Assembly: GCA_963845565.1 (NCBI GenBank)
Contig: CAWJSJ010000002.1
Location: forward strand, 800,001-864,000
Length of the DNA stretch: 64,000 nt
Reading direction: 5' to 3'
Source: an uncultured Methylomirabilota bacterium
Lineage (GTDB): Bacteria; Methylomirabilota; Methylomirabilia; Methylomirabilales; 2-02-FULL-66-22
The notes under the pieces were generated by a model. That model did no database searches. It had not been told where the DNA came from and was given only the letters and a program-made list of their open reading frames with translations. Position 1 is the stretch's first letter; each line of letters starts with the position of its first letter. The position numbers and the translations under genes are program-made. Shown piece after piece: positions 57,767 through 64,000 of this stretch.

Positions 57767-57796
57767 CTTGACATATAGCGACTCATATAATATATT
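57767..57796 (+). promoter_or_regulatory. Hsp20 promoter with HAIR-like operator
   Basis: TTGACA-N17-TATATT; CTTGACA-N7-ACTCATA overlaps the -35. Confidence 0.6.
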
Positions 57797-57907
57797 AATA
57801 CACAGTTAGATAATACGAAATATCAGATTTGGGATACCGTTTGAGGAAGCGTCGTTTCCGCGCGGACTGTCACCAACCACGTTAGTCCAAAGAAGGGAGG
57901 ATGGGCT

Positions 57908-58369
57908 ATGGCTATCGCAAATCCATGGGGAGAGCTGGATGCTTTGCGGCAGGAAATCGATCGGACGTTCCAGACATTCTGGTCAGATCGCCGTCCCCAA
58001 TCCTGGCGCGTGGCATTCTTGCCCGGACAGGGAGCGCGTCAATACCCATTGGTGAATCTCAGCGAGGACGAAGGAAACCTGTACGTCGAGGCGTTGGCGC
58101 CCGGCGTAGACCCCAAGTCGCTGGACCTGTCCGTACTCCAGGGCGCGCTAACGATCAAGGGCGAGAAGCCCGGTCTGGCGCAGGTGACGGCGGATGCGTA
58201 CCATCGGAACGAGCGCGCGGCCGGACGATTCACGCGCACCATCGAATTGCCCGTTGAAGTCGATGCGACCCATGTCAAGGCGGACTATCGGAACGGGTTG
58301 CTCGTGGTGACGCTGCCCAAGGCTGCGGCGGCGAAACCAAAGCAAATTCAGATTAACGTGGCCGGTTAG
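57908..58369 (+). CDS. Hsp20/alpha-crystallin family protein
   Basis: PLVNL.E, APGV, LTIKGE, ERAAGRFTR.IELP, YRNGLL.VTLPK. Confidence 0.95.
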   Translation: MAIANPWGELDALRQEIDRTFQTFWSDRRPQSWRVAFLPGQGARQYPLVNLSEDEGNLYVEALAPGVDPKSLDLSVLQGALTIKGEKPGLAQVTADAYHRNERAAGRFTRTIELPVEVDATHVKADYRNGLLVVTLPKAAAAKPKQIQINVAG

Positions 58370-58383
58370 AGGAGGTGACGACG

Positions 58384-58779
58384 ATGGCAGAGAAGACGGT
58401 CCCCAGCGTTCAGCCTGAAACGGCCGCGCGACGGGAAGAAACCCGGGCACACGAACGGTACATCACCCCGCCCGTTGACATCTTCGAGACCAAAGATGGG
58501 TTGACGGTGATCGCCGACTTGCCCGGGGTAGAGCAACAGGCCCTCGATGTTCGCGTGGTGGATGGGGTGTTGACGCTGCAGGGAAACACCAAACACATCG
58601 CACCCGGGACGCCGATCGCGCGGGAATACGAGCTGCTCAATTTCTACCGGCAATTCGAATTGCCGGATGCGGTGGATGCGGACCGGATATCGGCCCAGCT
58701 CAAACACGGCGTGCTGGCCCTCCACCTACCGAAGAAAGAGAAGGCAAAGCCAAGACAAATCAGCGTCCAGGTAAGCTGA
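58384..58779 (+). CDS. Hsp20/alpha-crystallin family protein
   Basis: PPVDIFE, ADLPGV, FYRQFELP, LKHGVL.LHLPK. Confidence 0.95.
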   Translation: MAEKTVPSVQPETAARREETRAHERYITPPVDIFETKDGLTVIADLPGVEQQALDVRVVDGVLTLQGNTKHIAPGTPIAREYELLNFYRQFELPDAVDADRISAQLKHGVLALHLPKKEKAKPRQISVQVS

Positions 58780-58797
58780 CGCGATCCCTTCCATGCG

Positions 58798-58843
58798 GCG
58801 GCCGCCGGGTCGTTGAGACCGGCGGCCGTTCGTTTTCCCTTTT
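58798..58843 (+). terminator. Intrinsic terminator of the hsp20 pair
   Basis: GC-rich stem CGGCCGCCGG(G)TC / GACCGGCGGCCG followed by a T-rich tract. Confidence 0.7.
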
Positions 58844-58921
58844 CACGTTACCCCGCACGATGTTGCTCACGAAAGAGCGAAGCGTCGCGTTTGCACATCC
58901 GTGGTGACGGCGTAGTCAAGT
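58838..58921 (-). other. Degenerate attC-like site
   Basis: Minus strand: ACTTGAC (R''-like) overlapping the stop codon, then an imperfect palindrome CGTCACCACGGATGTGC...GCAACATCGTGCGGGGTAACG. Confidence 0.5.
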
Positions 58922-59680
58922 TGCGGCGGTTGGTTTTGTAGCAGAAAACCGTAGGCGCACATAATCAGCGTTCCAATTGCCGCTTGCATCACAGAGCGCG
59001 TTGCGCAGGGCTTCGACGACCTCCGAAACAAACCTCGACCGATCGTCCGCGGGCACGGCGGAGGTGTAGGGCTCTGCAAATGTCTCCAGCCACCCGCCCA
59101 CATCTCCGGGCAACACCGTCGGGCGGGGGATGAGGTCTATGGTTCTTACCTCGAAGCCGCGTGCCTCGAGAAGCTCCCGGTATTCCTCGAGGCGAGGAAA
59201 AAACCAGGGGCTGGCGACCATGATCCCCCTGGAGGAAAGCGCCGATTCGAGCGCCGTGACAATGGTCGCCACATTGCCGTACCCGCCAAATTCGCCGACA
59301 AAGCGCCCTCGCGGTTTGAGCGCGCGCCATACGCCTGCAATAACACCCTCCGCGTCTTTCATCCAGTGCAACGCGGCATTCGAAAACACGGCATCAAATT
59401 CGTTGGCGAAACGGAGTGATTGCCCATCCACGATGTGAGCGTCCAGCCCTAGCGACGTGGCCGCTCTCACCATTTCAGCGCTGGAATCAACGCCAACCAA
59501 CGTGCAGCCAAATTCAACCAGCTTGATCGTGAGCGCGCCATCACCACACCCGAGATCAAGGATTCGTTCGCCCGATTGCGGCGACAGCAACTCAACGACA
59601 GGCATGCCCAGATCGGAGACAAACCGGGCATTCTTTCCGTACAGCGCTGGGTTCCAGTGTTGCGTGTGTGATGACGACAT
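58916..59680 (-). CDS. Class I SAM-dependent methyltransferase (Tam-like)
   Basis: ILDLGCGDG, VDSS, FDAVFSNAALHW, ADYVRLRF; ATG 6 nt after GTTAGGC. Confidence 0.92.
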   Translation of the reverse strand: MSSSHTQHWNPALYGKNARFVSDLGMPVVELLSPQSGERILDLGCGDGALTIKLVEFGCTLVGVDSSAEMVRAATSLGLDAHIVDGQSLRFANEFDAVFSNAALHWMKDAEGVIAGVWRALKPRGRFVGEFGGYGNVATIVTALESALSSRGIMVASPWFFPRLEEYRELLEARGFEVRTIDLIPRPTVLPGDVGGWLETFAEPYTSAVPADDRSRFVSEVVEALRNALCDASGNWNADYVRLRFSATKPTAAT

Positions 59681-59869
59681 AAAGCGGCCTAACACCCCCT
59701 GAAACGCAGAATGACTGACGAAATGGTCACTGTGGGGAGCGTATCGAAGGGCGCGGGAGGTGTCAACACCGAATACCCCGGCTCGGTGGCACCGGGAACG
59801 CCGATGGGTCGCTGCCGCCTACGTTCGAGATCCTACCGCTTCCCCACTAGGGACTCGGACGCTTTCCTA

Positions 59870-59903
59870 TTGAGTGCAGTAACAACTTGAGTGCAGTAAC
59901 AAC
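59870..59903. repeat. Perfect 17-bp tandem duplication
   Basis: TTGAGTGCAGTAACAAC x2. Confidence 0.9.
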
Positions 59904-59977
59904 GGCTTGCGGGGCGACGAGACGTTGAGAGAGGGCACCAGGCGTTCCGGCGCGCGCGGAGCGCCACCGCGACTCGG

Positions 59978-60631
59978 TCACGCGGGCGCTTCCATCCACG
60001 CGATGGCGTCGCGGCATGCCTGGGTGAGATCGTCCCGCGCATCCGAGAAGAAATGATCCGTGTCGAGTACGCGCGTCCATGGCGTGGCGGGCAGGGAAAG
60101 ATAGAGGGCCTCGAATCGCGCGGCTTCACAGAACTCGTCGTGTGCTCCGCCGATCAGCGCGACGCGGCAGATCGCTTGGCGAAGGAATCCAAAGTCGTAG
60201 CGGTTCAGCGGCGGGGCGATGCCCAGGTAGAACCCGACGCGCTGGTCCGCTGCGGCCGCCATCGCCCCCACGTAGCTTCCAAACGAGTATCCGGCAACGG
60301 CCATGAGTTTCGGTCGGGCCCCCAGCGCCTCTTCGAGATGGTCGAGTGCGCCGATCACGTCCGCAACCTCGGCGGGTCCTTCCCCGTAACTCCCCTCGCT
60401 CCCCCCGACGCCTCGGAAGTTGAAGGCCAGCGTGGTGTAGCCCGCCTCCTGGAAGCCCTGCTCCGCCCTCATGATAACGGGCGTGAGCATGGAGCCGCCG
60501 TAGAGCGGGTGCGGATGACACAACACCACCGCACGGTCGGCGGACGCCTTGGTCAGTCGTCCTTCGATCCTGAGGCCGTCTGACGACGAGAAATGGACGA
60601 GGCTAGCGCTCGAGGAGAGGCGAATGGCCAT
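59978..60631 (-). CDS. Alpha/beta hydrolase
   Basis: CHPHPLYGGSM, FNFRGVG.SEG, GYSFG nucleophile elbow, DHFF. Confidence 0.92.
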   Translation of the reverse strand: MAIRLSSSASLVHFSSSDGLRIEGRLTKASADRAVVLCHPHPLYGGSMLTPVIMRAEQGFQEAGYTTLAFNFRGVGGSEGSYGEGPAEVADVIGALDHLEEALGARPKLMAVAGYSFGSYVGAMAAAADQRVGFYLGIAPPLNRYDFGFLRQAICRVALIGGAHDEFCEAARFEALYLSLPATPWTRVLDTDHFFSDARDDLTQACRDAIAWMEAPA

Positions 60632-60804
60632 CTTCTGTCCTCCGCTGGGCGGCACAGACCGGTCTGCCTCATCCTACTTGAAGATCGTCGCTTGCGAAAG
60701 GTGCACCTGCAGGGGACGCATCCCACGCGATGTGCCTGTGCGGTACGAACAACGTTTCATTCTTGTGCGTCGCAGAGGCTGGGTGCCAATGTCCGCAAAT
60801 CGGC

Positions 60805-60862
60805 TTGACACGTTCCGGGGTTCTTGGTATTCACTACAATCAGACTGTAAGACTGTATACAG
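60805..60862 (+). promoter_or_regulatory. gntR promoter with autoregulatory operator
   Basis: TTGACA at 60805; AGACTGTA x2 and palindrome CTGTATACAG at 60853-62. Confidence 0.55.
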
Positions 60863-60878
60863 AGCTAGAGGTGCTCCA

Positions 60879-61589
60879 ATGGTGCAGAGCAGTCTCGCCC
60901 ACCGCATCGACGCCATCCAGAACACCGCCGAGGTGATCGCGCAGTCGCTCAAGGAGATGATCTATGAGGCGGAGCTGAAGCCGGGCCAGCCCCTCATCCA
61001 GGAGCGGATCGCCGAGATGTTCCAGGTCTCGCGCGTGCCGGTGCGCGACGCCCTCCAGTTGCTCATCGCCAATGGCATCGCAGTGAATGTGCCGCGTCGG
61101 GGCGTGATCGTCCGGCCCCTTTCGCGCAGGCTCCTGGCGGAGCTGTTTGAGGTGCGCAAGATTCTCGAGGGGGCCGCCGCCCGCATGGCGATCCGGAACG
61201 GGACCCCGGAACATTGGCGGCAGCTGGAAGGCCTGGTCGCGCAGCAGGCCGAATGCCTGAAGAGCCGAGACGTCAAGCGATACGCCAAGCTGGACGACGA
61301 TTTCCACCGGGCGCTCTACGATGCGGTCGGGAACGAACGGTTGGTGGATCTCATCTTCGCCAACTGGGAGCTGATCAAGCAGGCCCGTTCGGCCTCGACC
61401 GTGGTGCCGGAGCACGGCAAGGCGTGGATCGCCAACTCGCTCAAGCGACACAAGCGTATCCTGGCGGCTCTGAAGAAAGGGGGCGAGGACGCCGCCTGCG
61501 CGGCGATCTTTGAGAACATCGACAGCTCCGAACAGGAGATCGTCAGGCGTCTCAAAGAGGTGGGGTGGATCGAGGCTGCGGGCTGCTGA
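60879..61589 (+). CDS. GntR (FCD) family transcriptional regulator
   Basis: QVSRVPVRDAL, ELFEVRKILEG, DDDFH; ends Gly-Cys-stop inside MITE copy 4. Confidence 0.92.
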   Translation: MVQSSLAHRIDAIQNTAEVIAQSLKEMIYEAELKPGQPLIQERIAEMFQVSRVPVRDALQLLIANGIAVNVPRRGVIVRPLSRRLLAELFEVRKILEGAAARMAIRNGTPEHWRQLEGLVAQQAECLKSRDVKRYAKLDDDFHRALYDAVGNERLVDLIFANWELIKQARSASTVVPEHGKAWIANSLKRHKRILAALKKGGEDAACAAIFENIDSSEQEIVRRLKEVGWIEAAGC

Positions 61590-61725
61590 AAGAGGCCCAT
61601 CTGCGGTGACCCAGCCTGCGGCCGGGTGCCCCGCTCGGCCCTGCGGTGCTGCGGCGTACGTGCTAAGTACGCCTCGCACCTCGGATCCCTCGCCGCCTTG
61701 CATCTGGACCTCTTTGAGCAGCCTG
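61580..61725 (-). mobile_element. MITE family B, copy 4 (overlaps the gntR stop codon)
   Basis: GGGCTGCTGAAAGAGGCCCATCTGC...GCATCTGGACCTCTTTGAGCAGCCTG. Confidence 0.82.
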
Positions 61726-61872
61726 GGTGAAAGTAGGTAATACGGCATTCTGAGGGAGGCAGCCCTCGGTCCCTCCTGGTCGCGGGCTGCTTGCCCTTCC
61801 GGGGACTCGGTCGAGATCGCGTGTGGCGTGGACACCATCATCAACGGCAGAACGCGTGGCGGGAGGTGTGCG

Positions 61873-62877
61873 ATGAAGCGACTGGCGGCATGGATGGGCG
61901 TGGTGGCGGTCCTGGTAGTCGTGGGGGCGGCTGCAGTCGAGGCGGGGACCACGCTGCGGCTTGGACACACGGATCCCGCGGATGGGCTTCGACACAAGGC
62001 GGCGACGGTCTTCGCCGACAAGGTGAAGGAGTACACTCAGGGGCGGTACACCGTGGACGTCCACCACAGCGGCACGCTCGGCGACGACCCGAAACTCCTG
62101 GAGCAGGTGAAGCTGGGGGCCATCGATCTGGCCATCAGCGGGATCGCGATCTACGGAAACCAGGTGCCCGAACTGGGCCTGCTAGCGCTCCCGTATCTTG
62201 TCGAAAGCTACGAGCAGGGCTGGGCGCTCTACGACACGTCGCCCTGGGTCAAGGAGTGGTTGGGGAAGCTGCAGACCAAGAACATGCGGGCATTATCCGT
62301 CCTGGAGGCGGGCTTCCGGCAGCTCACGGCCACCAGGCCGGTGCGGGTCCCGGCCGACGTGAAGGGGATGAAGATCCGGATTGCCAAGAATCAGGTGTAC
62401 GTGTGGCTGTGGCAGACGCTGGGGGCGAACCCCACGGTGATGGCCCTGGGCGAGACTTACATCTCGCTCCAGCAGGGTGTGGTCGACGCCCAGGAGAATC
62501 CGATTCCCACGATCCACGTCCAGAAGTTCTACGAAGTCGCCAGGAACATCTCGCTGACCAACCACATCTATGCCCCGATCCCGCTGAGCCTGAACGACAA
62601 GCGCTGGCAAGCCATGTCCGCGGCGGACCAGTCCGCGTTCATGAAAGCGGCCCAGGAGGCTTCGGTGTGGCATCGCAAGGCCGTGGTGGACGAGGACGGC
62701 AAGATGCTGGCGGAGATGAAGGCCAGAGGGGCCACGGTGATCACGCCGGACGTGCCCGCCTTCGGCAAGGCCAGCCAGCCGGTGTATGACAAGGCAGGAG
62801 AGCAGTATCCCAAGGCCGTCCTACAGGCCCTCTTGAAGGACGCCGAGGCAGTGAAGGCGAAGTATCCGGTGAAGTAG
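61873..62877 (+). CDS. dctP: TRAP transporter substrate-binding protein
   Basis: Signal peptide; SGTLG, GFRQLT, GMKIRI, VVDAQENP. Confidence 0.95.
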   Translation: MKRLAAWMGVVAVLVVVGAAAVEAGTTLRLGHTDPADGLRHKAATVFADKVKEYTQGRYTVDVHHSGTLGDDPKLLEQVKLGAIDLAISGIAIYGNQVPELGLLALPYLVESYEQGWALYDTSPWVKEWLGKLQTKNMRALSVLEAGFRQLTATRPVRVPADVKGMKIRIAKNQVYVWLWQTLGANPTVMALGETYISLQQGVVDAQENPIPTIHVQKFYEVARNISLTNHIYAPIPLSLNDKRWQAMSAADQSAFMKAAQEASVWHRKAVVDEDGKMLAEMKARGATVITPDVPAFGKASQPVYDKAGEQYPKAVLQALLKDAEAVKAKYPVK

Positions 62878-63013
62878 GGGCGAGCGCCGAGTGCCAAGAG
62901 CCGAGCCGCGAGCCGCGAGTTACGGACGAGGATAGCCACAAGAAGCACAAGAAGCACAGGGGGCAGGGAAGACGGAATGCACGCGCGGCGTGCCGGAGAC
63001 GGCACGCCGCGCG

Positions 63014-63574
63014 ATGTCATGGAGTGACGAGATGCGCGACCCGTCGGATGCGCGCGGGGGCGTGGTGGATCTTGTGCTGGACCGGGTGATCGGGCCGTTT
63101 GTTGACTGGGCGGTCGGCGGGCTGGTCGCGGCCCTCGTGATCCTGGTGGGTTCCGGAATCATGGCCCGCTACGTCTTCAACTACTCGCTGGCGTGGTCGG
63201 ACGAACTGGCCGGACTCGGGTTCGTCTGGCTCACGTTGCTCGGGTCGGTCGCCGCCAGTCGGCGCCGCTCCCACATGGTGATCGGGTTTCTGCCCAAGCG
63301 ATTCGGCCCCGGCGGGCAGCGCGCCATCGGGTTCTACGTGACGGCCGCGATCGTCGTCTTTCTCGGATTCATGATCGGGGAAGGCATCGTGCTCACCGCT
63401 GCGACCATGGACGACAAGTCGGCGGTTCTCCGGATGCCGGTCGGGATCTCCTACCTCTCACTTCCCGTGGCGGGTCTGCTCATGATGGGGTACACCCTGC
63501 GGGAGGGCTGGGCGCTGTGGCAGAGCGCCGGGGCGGCTGGACGGCGAGCGGCGACGTCGGACGAGGAGGACTAG
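63014..63574 (+). CDS. dctQ: TRAP transporter small permease
   Basis: RYVFN..WSDELA, SHMVIG; start uncertain (63014 or 63032). Confidence 0.9.
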   Translation: MSWSDEMRDPSDARGGVVDLVLDRVIGPFVDWAVGGLVAALVILVGSGIMARYVFNYSLAWSDELAGLGFVWLTLLGSVAASRRRSHMVIGFLPKRFGPGGQRAIGFYVTAAIVVFLGFMIGEGIVLTAATMDDKSAVLRMPVGISYLSLPVAGLLMMGYTLREGWALWQSAGAAGRRAATSDEED

Positions 63575-63577
63575 CCC

Positions 63578-64000
63578 ATGAACTTCGTCATCATCTGGGG
63601 GCTCTTCCTCGGGCTTGTCCGTGACCGCCATCCCGCTCGCCTTCAGCATCGGGCTCACGCCGCTGCTTTTCGGTCTGATGAGCGGGAAGTTCTCGCTCAC
63701 GGTCATCTTCCAGTCCATCGTCTCCATCAACGAGTCCTTCACGCTCCTCGCCCTGCCGTTCTTCATCCTTGCCGGGGAGATCATGAGCGCGGGAGGGATC
63801 GGCAAGCGGATCACCCAGTTCGCCTTCGCCCTGCTGGGCTGGGTTCCCGGAGGGCTCGCCCTGATCAGCGTCGTCGCCTCGATGATCTTCGGCGGCATCT
63901 CCGGGTCCGCGGCGGCGGATGCCGCGGCGGTGGGCGGGGTCATGATCCCCGCCATGATCAAGAAGGGGTACGATAAGGCCTATGCCGCGGCCGTCATCGC
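63578..64000 (+). CDS. dctM: TRAP transporter large permease (3'-truncated by window edge; +1 frameshift near 63618)
   Basis: The shifted frame reads TAIPLAFSIG...LALPFFILAGEIM...FGGISGSAAADAA. Confidence 0.9.

Overview
GC-rich bacterial chromosomal segment, probably from a metagenome or long-read assembly: five otherwise intact genes each carry a single +1 indel. The gene style suggests an NC10/Rokubacteria-like (Methylomirabilota) or deltaproteobacterial organism, but that is inference only. The window is dominated by organic-acid and sugar-acid scavenging. It holds five TRAP systems, a TctC receptor, a Liv-type ABC system and a Tat-exported ABC receptor, each near RpiR, GntR or IclR regulators and catabolic enzymes (DapA-like aldolase, FGGY gluconokinase-like kinase, 2-hydroxyacid dehydrogenases, PdxA-like, SDR, Gfo/Idh/MocA, Ldh_2, two UROD/MtaA-fold proteins). 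It also encodes SodC, NudC, a CinA with a degenerate deamidase domain, an MntA-HepT toxin-antitoxin pair, MscS, a trypsin-like protease, an MltD-like transglycosylase and tandem Hsp20s. I found no rRNA, tRNA, CRISPR array, transposase or integrase. The most unusual signal is non-coding. (1) A ~105-bp twin-hairpin element occurs three times, always starting exactly at a gene's stop codon. (2) A ~145-190-bp TIR-bounded MITE occurs four times and supplies the C-terminal Gly-Cys-stop of two genes. (3) There is an orphan integron-like gene cassette. (4) There are several candidate structured RNAs or attenuators (3618-3714, 30180-30305, 36212-36356). (5) HexR-, HAIR- and GntR-type operators are recognisable. 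All functional calls come from motif recognition by eye; no searches were run.
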